This document shows, one piece after another, positions 22,486 to 33,165 of a DNA stretch of 64,000 nt; within the stretch, counting starts at the first letter, position 1, and every line of letters starts with the position of its first letter. Made by a program: the position numbers and the translations under genes. A model generated the notes under the pieces. It had not been told where the DNA came from and did no database searches. It worked only from the letters and a program-made list of their open reading frames with translations. Source of the DNA: an uncultured Candidatus Entotheonella sp. (GTDB taxonomy: Bacteria; Tectomicrobia; Entotheonellia; Entotheonellales; Entotheonellaceae); the NCBI GenBank assembly GCA_965217185.1, contig OZ244252.1, forward strand, positions 2,144,001-2,208,000, read 5' to 3'.

Positions 22486-23324
22486 GGCGTGTCGCTCACG
22501 GCGCCAAGGTCGACGCGAATGTTCAGACCCTGACGCAGGTCGGCGTACGTCGGCTGGGTAGCCTCGGCACCGGCGGTGGCCGAGGTAACGCCGGGCAGCA
22601 TGGCCTTGGTGCGTTCGCTGCTGATCTTGTCGAGCACGCCCCACCAGAACTGTTCGCGCGCCTTGAGGCTCAGCAGGGCGCCGCGGCGAATCTGCCCCCG
22701 CGCTTCCGGTGTCTCGCAAAACGTCACCAGCGCTTCTTCCAACCACGCCCCGTGATCCGCGTCCTGATCCAGATGCATCGACCAGTACGTCACGTCGTCG
22801 GCCGCAAATCCGGCCTTGCGCAGGCCGGTCATGACGTGCTCGAACATGGTGGGAATCGACCATTCGTGGCCCGGCCCGACGGCGCCAAGCCCGACCAGAA
22901 AGGGTTCCTGCGTGCAGATGCGGTAGTGCTCGCGGATGAAGCCGACCACCTCGGGATGCAGCGGGAAGCTCGCCTCACTGCCCGGCGCGATGCCGGCGGC
23001 GTGCATGAAGGCCCGGTAGGACGCGGCGTGATCGTCGCCATCCGACCGCTCGCCGTATTCGTCCACCAGCACCTTGGCGAGCCAGCGCTTGGCTTCGCTG
23101 CTCGGCGCCCGCAGCAGCAAGAGTTCCATGTAGGTGGTGAAATTGGCGACCAGGGGATAGTGTTGCGAGGCCAGGATTTTGAAGTCGTGGCGGGTGCGCG
23201 GGTCTGTCAGCATGCGGCCGAGCAGCGAGTGCCCGACGCCGGGATGGCACTGGATTTCTTCGCGCAACGACCTGAGAAAATCGCGCCCTGATTGGGTCTC
23301 CTGACGTACAACTGCCGATACCAT
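22482..23324 (-). CDS. Haem-oxygenase-like diiron oxidase (CADD/PqqC-like iron-containing redox enzyme)
   Basis: LVDEYGE....DH, GHEW, YWSMHLDQDADH metal-ligand pattern; ATGA overlap with the ferrochelatase. Confidence 0.75.
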   Translation of the reverse strand: MVSAVVRQETQSGRDFLRSLREEIQCHPGVGHSLLGRMLTDPRTRHDFKILASQHYPLVANFTTYMELLLLRAPSSEAKRWLAKVLVDEYGERSDGDDHAASYRAFMHAAGIAPGSEASFPLHPEVVGFIREHYRICTQEPFLVGLGAVGPGHEWSIPTMFEHVMTGLRKAGFAADDVTYWSMHLDQDADHGAWLEEALVTFCETPEARGQIRRGALLSLKAREQFWWGVLDKISSERTKAMLPGVTSATAGAEATQPTYADLRQGLNIRVDLGAVSDTP

Positions 23325-24037
23325 GCCTGCTCCCGTCGCGAATGCCGTTTTGTGGGGGAACACCGCCGGAGAGGGTCGGCAGTGCGACCATACGATAAAG
23401 GATTGGCCCCGTAAGGGCAACGCTCGAACGGGGAGCGGGACTGGCTAAGCGCCTATTCACGTAGTCGGGTTGGAGGGGTGCATGGGCTGTGGGCCGCGGC
23501 GCAGGCTTCGGCGTCCAGGGGCAGACGTCGCAACGCCAATTCCTCAAGGATGGGCCATCACTTCCTGATGCAGATGGATACGAGAATGCTTCAATAAGGC
23601 AGAAGAACAAGAAAAATCATCCATCCAAGCATCCCGCCGGCCAGGACCTGCGGCAAGGTATGGCGCTTCAGATAAAGCCGCGACCAGCCCACCAGCACTA
23701 CCGGCGTCAGGACCAGCGTCAGGCTACCGTAGGTCGTGGACAGCAGAAAGGCCATAGCCGCGGCGCCGGCGGAGGTCCACGTCGGATACCCTACCGGTGC
23801 TCAGGCACCACCAGAACGCCAGCAACGGCCCGGCCACACCGACCCCAATAAAGGCCAGCGCGCATCCCCACGACCTGTGGAACGGCTGCGCAGCGGCAGC
23901 CAGTAGAATTCCCGCAACAGCGACGCACGGCGGCGACAGCAACTGCGACACGCCGCGGGCCAACCCGTGCAGGTATTTGGACGTTCGAACGGTATCTGCC
24001 CTCATATCGTCCTCCCCTTTCCCCAACGGGCTACGAA

Positions 24038-24469
24038 TCAGGCCGCCTTCCGTAGCCGAACCACGCCGGGCACCGGCCTGCGCGGACGCGGACCTGGCCA
24101 TTGACGCATGCGGGCGAGGACAAAGGGCCCTATGAGCACCATGCTGAGGACCTCGCACTCCACCAGGACGGCTCGCCAGAACACGTCGCCGTAGAGCACG
24201 GAAGTCTTGATGGGAACATCGATGAAGGGCCGCCAGGGCAGGAGAAATCGCGTGTTGTCGATGGGCCAGAAAAAGGCCACGCCGAGGCGCCCTTCCACCA
24301 TGGCGTCGAACACACCGTGCAGGGCGGTGATGACGAAAAACCAGGAGAGCAGGCCCCACCAGGGGACGGTGCCGGCGCGGATGCGGGGGTAGGCGAAGCG
24401 CATCACGACGAAAGCTAGGAGGAGGGCGAAGACGGCGGAATGCGTCAGGCCGCGATGGCGGCCATTCAC
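24038..24469 (-). pseudogene. C-terminal part of a YdjM-like metal-dependent hydrolase
   Basis: HRGLTHS and HGVFDAM...GVAFFWP present; N-terminal half absent. Confidence 0.6.
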
Positions 24470-24989
24470 TGTTCGTAATGCGCTCCCAATGCGTAGTACA
24501 CGGTTTCGAGCACCGGCAGCACGAACCAGTCGCCGTGTGGAAACCGCATGATCAGGAAGAAGCCCCAGATGGACACGATGGCGCCGACGTATTGGGGATG
24601 CTTGAGCAGCGAGAACGGGAAGTCGCGGCACCACGGCACCTCGTGGCCGAAGCGGCTGCCGTAATACACGCCTACCTTGCCCAGCCGGTAGAACACGCTG
24701 AAGTTGAGAACCTGTCCCACCAGGATGAGCACGGAGCCCGCCGCCATGGGCCAAGCCGGCCCGATGGTACCGTCCCGAAGTAGCCGCACCAGAGCAGGAA
24801 AACGCCGATCTGAATCACTTTGAAGACATAGAAGAAACGCTGCACGCCGTCAACCGGCGTGCCCAGAAACCGCAGAGCCGGTCGGCGACACAGGGCGCTG
24901 AAGGTCTCGGGATGGCGCCGCACCCAGATGTAGAAGACGCGCTCCAGGCTGAGCAACAGGGCGACGACGAGAAACAGGGCCACGCTCAT
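24466..24989 (-). pseudogene. PEMT-family phospholipid methyltransferase, frameshifted near 24775
   Basis: LN.SVFYRLGKVGVYYG.RFG..VPW..DFPF..LKHPQYVG in one frame; N-terminus MSVALF...LERVFY in another. Confidence 0.7.
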
Positions 24990-27221
24990 CGGTCTCTGTT
25001 CGCCCGTGCCCGCGACGGTACCAGAGCCTTGGCGGCGTTGATGTAGGGGGGTGAGTAAGCCACGATGTCGGTGAACGGGTTGGTAGCCAGCTTGACGAAC
25101 CAGATCATCGACAGCCAAACGTTGTGCTTCCACATCAGATACCCAACGTGCCAGCCGACCGCCAGCACCGTGAGCCCGAACCACTGCTGCGCCACCAGGT
25201 CGATGCGCGGCGCGAAGGCCGCCCAGCTCAACGAACCGGCCTGCAACAGGTGGATGACCGGAATCAGCAGGTAGGCGCCGACGATGACGCTCTTTTTGCG
25301 GGTATTGAAGCCGAGCAAAATTTCTTCCTTGTCGTGGCAGGGTGGCTCCAGCACCGCGTGCCCGAACTGGCGCACGAACAGCGCCGCCAAGCCCAGGCCC
25401 ATGGCCGTTGTGAGGTCGGAGAACATCAGGAAGTAGCAAAAGATGAACACGCTCGAGCTGAGGATGTGAAACAGCTGATTGATAGCGTTGCTGTGCGAGG
25501 CAACATGGTCGTCGTGCTTGCGCCGCATCACCTCGGCATAAAAGTTACTCACGGGTCTGGGAACGCTCACCAGGCTGCCGAGCAGTTCCCAAATCAGACG
25601 TACACGCATACGTTTATCCCTTTCCGGTTGTTCCGATTCGTCCAGCCACCAGGCGTCGTCCTTCATCTGCCGGGCCGCACGGAGGATTTTCGATTGCAGG
25701 TCCGCATAGTCGTCCGGGGTGAAATCCAGGCTGTTCAGGCAGCGGCCCGTACCCACCCAACTCAGGGTGACGCCCTCGGCGCGCAGGTAGTATTGCAGCA
25801 GCCAGTTGTAGCGGCTGGGGGTTTTGAACAGCAGCGTCCAGATGGTGGCGAAATTGACCACCCGCAGCGGCAGGTCCTGCTCCATGAACTTGGCGTTGGT
25901 GTCGGCCACCCAATCCTGGCAGCGCTGCCTTCCTTCCTCGTAAAAATGCGTCGCCTCCGGCTTGACCAGCCAGGTGAGAAACTCGTACATCGCCCCCATC
26001 ACCGCCGGGTGCGCGGAAAACGTGCCGATGACGTAGGCGATGCGCATCGGATGCCGCGGGTCGAAACGCCGCATGAGGTCCTTGCGACCGCACACCACGC
26101 CGATGGGCATGCCGCCGGCCACCGTCTTGCCGTAGGCGACCATGTCCGCCTGCACGCCGAAATACGCCTGCGCGCCGCCGGGGGGCCAGCCGGAAGCCGC
26201 TGTACACCTCGTCGAAGATCAGCGCCACGTTGCATTCCCGGCACACCTCGCGCAGTTGCCGCAGCCAGCGGGCGTAATCGGAGGTAAGGTCCCGGGTTTG
26301 CCGAACGGTACTGGTGAGCAGCACCGCATCGCTGGGCGGCGGGGCGTTGGGGTGAAACGATTGCACCGGGTTGATGAGCACGCCGGCGATTTCCTTGGAG
26401 CGTTTGCGAATCACGTCGAGCGACGCCGGGTGCATGTCCTTCAGGGTGAGGCAGTCGCTGATGGCGCGCTCGCTGCCGAGCCCCGGCTGCACGCCGTCCC
26501 ACCAGCCGTGGTAGGCGCCGGAGAACGCCACAATGAGTCTGCGGCGGGTGTTGAAGCGCCCCAGCCGCACCGCGGCCATGACGGCTTCGGTGCCGCTCAT
26601 GTGGAACGACACCTCGTCGAGCCCGGAAATCGATTTGAGCAACGCGATGTTGTCGGCCACCAGCGGGTGCAGCGGCCCGAGAACCGGTCCGACGTCCTTC
26701 ACCCGTTCCAGGCCCTTCTGCATCCATTCCTTGTAACGCTCGAAGCCGGCCACGCTGACCCCGTAGGAGCCGCCCACGTCGAGGCTCCAATGGCCGTCCA
26801 GGTCACGAAGCTTTGGTCCCTTGGACGCCGTCACCGCCGAGCACAGGTTGAATTTCTCCCGTATCACCCGCATGAACGGAAACGGCACGCGGTTGGCGTC
26901 GGTGAAGCGCAGGTCCGAGAAACTGTCGCGGATGTCATTGCCCCAATCGACGGATTTGGCGTACTTGGTCTGAAAATACATGGCCAGGCGGTCGAGGGCC
27001 TTTTTCCGGCGCTCCGCCCAGTGCGGCGCGGCGCCGTCGGCGCAGAAAAAGGCATCCTCGTCGTGCTCGCGGCGTTTGACCCACAACGACAGGTGGCGCG
27101 ACAGCGCGGGCATCAGGGCAGCGGCGCGGAGGGTGTAAATGGCGTTGAAGAGCCGGCTTCCGCCGCGTATCAGCAGCCACGCCAAGCCGAGCGCGGCGAG
27201 CAAGAGCCAGCCGTCATTCAT
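24986..27221 (-). pseudogene. Class III aminotransferase (GSA-aminomutase-like) with C-terminal membrane domain; +1 frameshift at C6 run 26180-26185
   Basis: FHMSGTEAV, AYHGWWD, LIFDEVYSGFRLAP | YGKTVAGGMP...GTFSAHP; removing one C gives FRLAPGGAQAYF. Confidence 0.8.
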
Positions 27222-27689
27222 CTGTAGTTGACAGTCCGCGGCGCCCCGGCCGAGACAGCCCAGGCGATAGTGCCGGCTGTAGCTGTGGAAATTGGTGTGA
27301 AAGCCGCTGAACACGGGAATACCGAGGCGCCGCGCGGCGCGCACCGCCGAGAGGCCGAGAGGGCCCTCGGTCGCAACGTACACGGCGTCCGGGCGCTGTC
27401 GTGCCCAGTTTTGGCGCAGCAGCCTGTTGGCCGGCAGGCCGAGGTGCAGTCCGTCATAGCCGGGCAGGGGCACGGAAGGAACCAGGGTCATCGGGAAGTC
27501 TGCGGCGTTGTCGGTGCGTTCGCCACGTTTGTGGCGCGGGCGCACCAGGGACACCGTGTGCCCACGCTTTCGCAGGCCGTTCAGCAGCCGGGCCAGGGTC
27601 AGCGCGACGCCGTTGACTTCGGGCGGGTAGGTTTCAGTCACCACACAGATATGGGGTTTCCCGGCCTCGACAGGGGGTGCGGCGTCCAT
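27222..27689 (-). pseudogene. N-terminal half of a GT4 glycosyltransferase, fused in frame to the aminotransferase by deletion
   Basis: VVTETYPPEVNGVA, ATEGPLG, SGFHTNFHSY; the C-terminal GT1 domain is missing. Confidence 0.7.
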
Positions 27690-27945
27690 CAGTGGTTGCT
27701 CTCGTTGTCGGTTGTGCCGCGCCAGATGGAGCCTGCGGCGCTAATCTTTACGTAGATTGCGTGCTCAGGGTGATCATTGCGTTGCGAACGGATGAAAATT
27801 TCGTGAATGCGGCCGGCAATTGAAGCGCCGTGGACGGGCTTCACCTTGGGCGGCGGGCGCGTTATGATGCAGGGGTTGGGGGCGTCCACAGCCACCGCAA
27901 CAATCAAACCGGACCGGCAAGGCCGAAGATAGAAGGAGCGCCGCA

Positions 27946-28764
27946 ATGCCATGGTTGGAACGAGAGCCGGGCTCTCTGTACTACGAGGTGACGGACCTCA
28001 CGCCCCCTTGGGTCGAAAATCCCGGCACGGTGGTGTTTTGCCACGGGGTGAGCACGACCCACGGCATCTGGAGCAATTGGCTGCCGGTGCTGGCGGATCA
28101 GTATCGCCTGGTGCGTTTCGACACGCGCGGCTTCGGCCGCTCAACGGCACCGGGGGCGGGATTCCCCTGGACCATGGAGTTGTTGGTCGAGGACGTGCTG
28201 GCCGTGGCCCGGGCGGCAGGCGCCGAAACGTTTCACCTCGTTGGCGAATCGCTTGGCGGCACGGTGTCCCTGGCGCTCGCCATCGCGCACGGCGACGCGC
28301 TGGACAGCCTCACGGTCTGCTCGGCGGCACATCGCGGCGGCTCGATTCAGCGCGCCGGCGAGTGGCGCGCCTACATCGAACAGCACGGCATGGAAGCGTG
28401 GTCGCGCATGATGATGGACCTGCGGTTTCACGACAGCGGCGTGCCGGCGCCGGTCGCCGAGTGGTTTCACCGCGAACAAGCCGCCACCTCCGCCGACAGC
28501 ACCCTCGATCTCGCCGACCTGCTGCTGGGCACCGATCTCACGCCGATGCTGCAGCGCATTACCGTGCCCATCCTGATTCTGGCGCCGAACGCCAGCCCAT
28601 TCATCTCGTTGGAAATTTTCCTCGAGATGCACCGTCACATCCCGCACAGCGAACTGCAAGTCTTCGCCGACGCCCGCCATGGCCTGGTCTGCTCCCACGG
28701 TGCCGCTTGTGCCCAAACCCTCAAACAATTTCTCGCCCGGCGGCAATTGCAGGCCACTGGTTGA
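27946..28764 (+). CDS. Alpha/beta hydrolase
   Basis: FCHG, FDTRGFGRS, GESLGG nucleophile elbow, ARHG. Confidence 0.88.
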   Translation: MPWLEREPGSLYYEVTDLTPPWVENPGTVVFCHGVSTTHGIWSNWLPVLADQYRLVRFDTRGFGRSTAPGAGFPWTMELLVEDVLAVARAAGAETFHLVGESLGGTVSLALAIAHGDALDSLTVCSAAHRGGSIQRAGEWRAYIEQHGMEAWSRMMMDLRFHDSGVPAPVAEWFHREQAATSADSTLDLADLLLGTDLTPMLQRITVPILILAPNASPFISLEIFLEMHRHIPHSELQVFADARHGLVCSHGAACAQTLKQFLARRQLQATG

Positions 28765-28864
28765 AAGGGCAATCTGGCATTTGACAGGGTTGCAATGACA
28801 ATGGCACGGTATGCCGCGTCTTACAGGTACAGCCCGCCTCGTCCGGTTGAGGAGCGCGTTCCAC

Positions 28865-29800
28865 ATGCCTGACAGAACAGAGAATGCCCAAGGAATTCTG
28901 TCCTTCCCGGCGCCGCTGCTCAGAACGTCACCAACCTTGCCACACGCAACCGCACCCACCGACGACGTCCGCAACGAGCCCATCCTGGCGTGCGAGGACA
29001 ATCTGTCCTTCATGGAACGCCTTGGCGACGGGCACATCAAGCTGATTGTCACCTCGCCCCCGTACAACATCGGCAAGGGTTACGAGGACAAACTATCGCT
29101 CGCCGATTACCTGGACAAACAGGCGCGGGTCATCCAGGAAAGCGTCCGGGTCCTGCATCCTCAGGGGTCGATCTGCTGGCAGGTCGGCAACTACGTCGAT
29201 GACGGCGAGATCGTGCCCTTGGACGCCGTCCTGTACCCGCTTTTCCGTGCCCAGGGTCTCAAGCTGCGCAACCGTATCATGTGGCACTTTGGACACGGCT
29301 TGCATTGCACACGGCGGTTGTCGGGCCGCTACGAGACGATCAATTGGTGGACAAAAGGCGACCGCTACACGTGGAATCTGGACCCCATCCGGGTGCCGTC
29401 CAAATACCCCGGCAAGCGTCATTTCAAGGGACCAAATGTCGGCAAGCTGTCGGGAAACCCAAAGGGCAAGAACCCGGGCGACGTGTGGGAATTCCCGAAC
29501 GTCAAAAGCAACCATCCCGAAAAAACCGTGCACCCCTGCCAATTTCCTGTCGAGCTGGTCGAGCGTCTGGTCCTCTCCATGACGGACGAGGACGATGCGG
29601 TGCTTGATCCCTACATGGGTGTCGGGTCGTCCGTCATCGCCGCGTTCATGCACAACCGGCGGGCGTATGGCTGTGACATCGTGCCGGAGTATGTGGACAT
29701 CGCCCGCCAGCGCGTCGACCAACTGAGGGCCGGCCGGCTCCGCACGCGTCCAATGGGCAAGCCCATCTACGACCCCAACAAGCCCAGTGGGGGGCATTGA
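28865..29800 (+). CDS. Type II R-M N4/N6 DNA methyltransferase (beta class)
   Basis: TSPPYN, HPCQFP, LDPYMGVGS. Confidence 0.9.
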   Translation: MPDRTENAQGILSFPAPLLRTSPTLPHATAPTDDVRNEPILACEDNLSFMERLGDGHIKLIVTSPPYNIGKGYEDKLSLADYLDKQARVIQESVRVLHPQGSICWQVGNYVDDGEIVPLDAVLYPLFRAQGLKLRNRIMWHFGHGLHCTRRLSGRYETINWWTKGDRYTWNLDPIRVPSKYPGKRHFKGPNVGKLSGNPKGKNPGDVWEFPNVKSNHPEKTVHPCQFPVELVERLVLSMTDEDDAVLDPYMGVGSSVIAAFMHNRRAYGCDIVPEYVDIARQRVDQLRAGRLRTRPMGKPIYDPNKPSGGH

Positions 29801-30411
29801 TGCAGATCAAGGCCCGTTATTCCCACCCCAACGGCGAGGAATATCTGCCCGTTCATCGCAAGAAGTTGTGGGAAGAAGTTCAGGACGTCATAGCGAGGGT
29901 GGATGCCTCTGCTTGCCGCACGAAGATTTCCAGGGAAAAAACCATGCGGGGCCGACTGCTGTACTCGCCAAGCGAAATGAACCAAGCGTTTAGAGATGGA
30001 TTTCGGGCGCACCATTGGGAGGAGCGCCGCAACGTATTCTGGGTGACATCGGATGAGAAGTTACTGCGCGGCATCCACAGCCTGCCCGAATCTGAACAGA
30101 AACGGGCCATTGAAGAGGCTGGGCACACGCCGATCAAATCCTATAACCAGACCGACTTCGTAAAGGAACGTGTTGCCGTTGAAGTGCAGTTTGGCAAATA
30201 CGCTTTCGTCGCTCACGACCTATTCGTCAAGCACCTCAGTTTCTATGTGTCGGACGTCATCGACGTAGGGGTGGAAATACTCCCTATGAAGGAATTGGAG
30301 CAGAATATGTCGTCCGGGGTTCCATACTACGAACGGGATTTGCTGAACGTGCTGCGACAGGGGCGCGGGGTTCCGGCGGTGCCGTTGGTGCTTGTCGGCG
30401 TTGCCCCCTGA
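29800..30411 (+). CDS. BglII/BstYI-family restriction endonuclease
   Basis: QTDFVKERVAVEVQFGKY; coupled to the MTase stop. Confidence 0.85.
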   Translation: MQIKARYSHPNGEEYLPVHRKKLWEEVQDVIARVDASACRTKISREKTMRGRLLYSPSEMNQAFRDGFRAHHWEERRNVFWVTSDEKLLRGIHSLPESEQKRAIEEAGHTPIKSYNQTDFVKERVAVEVQFGKYAFVAHDLFVKHLSFYVSDVIDVGVEILPMKELEQNMSSGVPYYERDLLNVLRQGRGVPAVPLVLVGVAP

Positions 30412-30533
30412 CTTGGTCGAATGGCGGCAACTTCTGTGCAGCAACTGCTTTCAAGCTTTCAAGTGCCGCGATTAGGAACCGCATTTTCGCGGCTGAACGT
30501 TTTCGGCGAAACTTTTGGCTGGAGATGATCCTC

Positions 30534-30731
30534 ATGACTAACAAGGAAACCCTGCGGTACCTGGTAACGGAAATGGCCGGCGCGACGCTGTCGGAAGCGG
30601 AATGGGCGCAGGTGGAGGCTCAATCCGAGGGGTTGCAAGCCGGGCTCAAGGCACTGGATTCACTCGATCTGAGCGCCGCCGAGCCCGCGGTTGAGTTTGA
30701 CTGTTCTGAGGAAGACGGCCATGGCAAATGA
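30534..30731 (+). CDS. Small GatC/AtzG-like amidase partner
   Basis: Helical 65 aa ending LDL...EPAVEF, overlapping the amidase start. Confidence 0.5.
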   Translation: MTNKETLRYLVTEMAGATLSEAEWAQVEAQSEGLQAGLKALDSLDLSAAEPAVEFDCSEEDGHGK

Positions 30732-32139
30732 AGAATTGACCAGCGGGACGATTGCGGATGTGGCGGCGCGTTTGCGCCAGGGCGAGGTGTCGCCGGTGGA
30801 CGTGACTGCCGCGCATCTGGCGCGCATCGAGCGGTTGAACGGGACGCTAAAGGCTTATCTGACGGTGTTGCCGGAGCGCGCCATGGCCGCGGCGCGCCGG
30901 GCCGAGGCGGAGATACAGGGCGGCCAGTACCGGGGACCGCTGCACGGCGTGCCGGTGGCGGTGAAGGACTTGTTTGCCATCAAGGGTGAGCGCATGACCT
31001 GCGGCTCGACCATTCTGGCGGAGCACGCCGCCGAGCAGCAGGCAACCGTGAACCAGCGGCTGGAGGACGCCGGCGCCGTTCTGCTGGGCACGCTGAACAT
31101 GCACGAATTCGCCTGGGGCGGCACCTCGATCAATCCGCACTACGGTACGCCGCGCAACCCGTGGGACGGCGAGCGCATTCCGGGCGGCTCCAGCGGCGGC
31201 TCGGGGGTGGCCACCGGCGCCGGGCTGGCGATGGGCACGCTGGGCTCGGACACCGGCGGCTCGATCCGCATCCCGGCCTCGCTGAGCGGCGTTGTGGGTC
31301 TGAAACCGACCTACGGACGGGTAAGCCGCTACGGCGTTTACCCGTTGTGCTGGTCATTGGATCACCCCGGCCCGTTGACCCGCAGCGTCGCCGATGCCGC
31401 GATCATGCTGCAGGCCATCGCCGGACACGATCCCAATGACCTCACCACCAGCCGCTTGCCCGTGCCGGACTGCACGCGGCAACTCACCGGGGAGGTGCGC
31501 GGCCTGCGCGTCGGCGTGCCCCGCGCGTTGTTCTTTGACCACATCGACCCGCAGGTAGCCGCGGCGGTGGAGGCCGCGGTGGCCGAATTGAGCAGCCTCG
31601 GCGTCGATTGCGTCGACGTGGACCTGCCGCTCATGCGCCACGTGCCAACCGCCTCGCTGACGCTGATGGTCGTGGAAGCCTACGCCGTGCACGAAACCCT
31701 GCTGCGCAACCACTCGCAGGCATACGGCTCCGACGTACGCGTCCGCCTGGCGCTCGGCGCCACGGTCACCGGCGCGCAATACCTCAAGGCGCAGCGTTTC
31801 CGCTCGCTCCTGATCCGGGAAGTCTCGCAAGCCTTGCAGTCGGTCGACGCCCTCGTCACCCCCACGACCCTGATGACCGCCGCCCGCGTCGATGAGCCGG
31901 TCGTGCGCATCGCCGGAGAAGACGTTGTGGTCGCCGCCAACCTCGCGCGCTTCACCCGCGCGTTCAACATGACCGGCTCGCCGGCCCTGTCGCTACCCTG
32001 CGGATTCGACGACAGGGGCCTTCCCATCGGCCTGCAGATCGTCGGGCGGCCGTTCGACGAGGCCACCGTGCTACGCCTGGGGCACGCCTACGAGCAACAC
32101 ACCCCGTGGCATCAGCGGGTGCCGGTTCTGCCGGAGTGA
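30721..32139 (+). CDS. Amidase signature family protein
   Basis: VAVKD, GGSSGGS, GSDTGGSIRIPA. Confidence 0.92.
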   Translation: MANEELTSGTIADVAARLRQGEVSPVDVTAAHLARIERLNGTLKAYLTVLPERAMAAARRAEAEIQGGQYRGPLHGVPVAVKDLFAIKGERMTCGSTILAEHAAEQQATVNQRLEDAGAVLLGTLNMHEFAWGGTSINPHYGTPRNPWDGERIPGGSSGGSGVATGAGLAMGTLGSDTGGSIRIPASLSGVVGLKPTYGRVSRYGVYPLCWSLDHPGPLTRSVADAAIMLQAIAGHDPNDLTTSRLPVPDCTRQLTGEVRGLRVGVPRALFFDHIDPQVAAAVEAAVAELSSLGVDCVDVDLPLMRHVPTASLTLMVVEAYAVHETLLRNHSQAYGSDVRVRLALGATVTGAQYLKAQRFRSLLIREVSQALQSVDALVTPTTLMTAARVDEPVVRIAGEDVVVAANLARFTRAFNMTGSPALSLPCGFDDRGLPIGLQIVGRPFDEATVLRLGHAYEQHTPWHQRVPVLPE

Positions 32140-32156
32140 CCAAAAAGGGAGGCGTC

Positions 32157-33104
32157 ATGAAAGCCGTTTACGTCGAGCAAACAGGTCCGCCGGATGCGCT
32201 GATCTACGGCGACTTGCCGGCGCCGCGCCCGGGGCCTAACGACGTGCTGATCCGCGTGGCTGCTACGTCGCTGAACCGCCTGGACATTTTCATGCGGGAA
32301 GGGTCGCACGGCACCCGCATCACCCCACCGCATATTCTGGGGCGCGACATCGCCGGTGAGGTGGCGGGGCTCGGTTCCGAGGTGCAAGGCTTCCAGGTCG
32401 GCGACCGCGTCGTTGCCAGTGGCACCGGCAGCTACGCGGAATACGCCGTGGCGCCCGCCGAGCGCACCTTTCATCTCACGCAGAACTGTTCGTACGACGA
32501 GGCCGGGGCGTTGCCCACGGCGGGTCTGACGGCGTATCAGATGCTGATCAACCGCGCCCGCGTCCGGCCGGGGGAGACTGTGCTGGTGATGGCCGCCGGC
32601 AGCGGCGTCAGCAGCTTTGCCGTACAGATTGCCAAGGCCGTTGGCGCGCGTGTCATCGCCACTGCGGGGAGCGACGACAAGCTGAGCCAGGCGCAACGGA
32701 TCGGCGCCGAGGCGGTCATCAATCACTACATGGAGGACGTGAGCGCGCGGGTGCGGGAACTGACCGGTGGCGAGGGCGTGGACGTGATCATCGAGCACGT
32801 CGGCGCCGCGGTGTGGCCGGCCTGTTTCCGCAGCCTCGCCGTGAACGGTCGCCTGGTGACCTGCGGCGTCACCGCCGGCCACCGTGTCGACTTGCATCTG
32901 GGGCAGGTGTTTACGCGCGCCCTGAGCATCATGGGGGTGGGACGCGGCTCCCCCGACGACATGCGGGAGTTGCTGCGCCTCGTCGACCTGGGCCGCGTGC
33001 GTTCGGTCATCCACCAGCGCTTTCCCTTGCGGGACGCCGCGGCGGCACACCGCCTGCTGGAGAGCTCGGCGTTTTTCGGCAAGGTGGTTCTCAACCCGTC
33101 GTGA
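32157..33104 (+). CDS. MDR-family (quinone) oxidoreductase
   Basis: SLNRLD, LGRDIAG, AAGSGVSS, FGKVVL. Confidence 0.88.
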   Translation: MKAVYVEQTGPPDALIYGDLPAPRPGPNDVLIRVAATSLNRLDIFMREGSHGTRITPPHILGRDIAGEVAGLGSEVQGFQVGDRVVASGTGSYAEYAVAPAERTFHLTQNCSYDEAGALPTAGLTAYQMLINRARVRPGETVLVMAAGSGVSSFAVQIAKAVGARVIATAGSDDKLSQAQRIGAEAVINHYMEDVSARVRELTGGEGVDVIIEHVGAAVWPACFRSLAVNGRLVTCGVTAGHRVDLHLGQVFTRALSIMGVGRGSPDDMRELLRLVDLGRVRSVIHQRFPLRDAAAAHRLLESSAFFGKVVLNPS

Positions 33105-33165
33105 TGCGCTGCAAGGCCGCTTTTATCGCCCTTTGCTCAAGACGCGTGAAAGGAGAGAAAGACGG

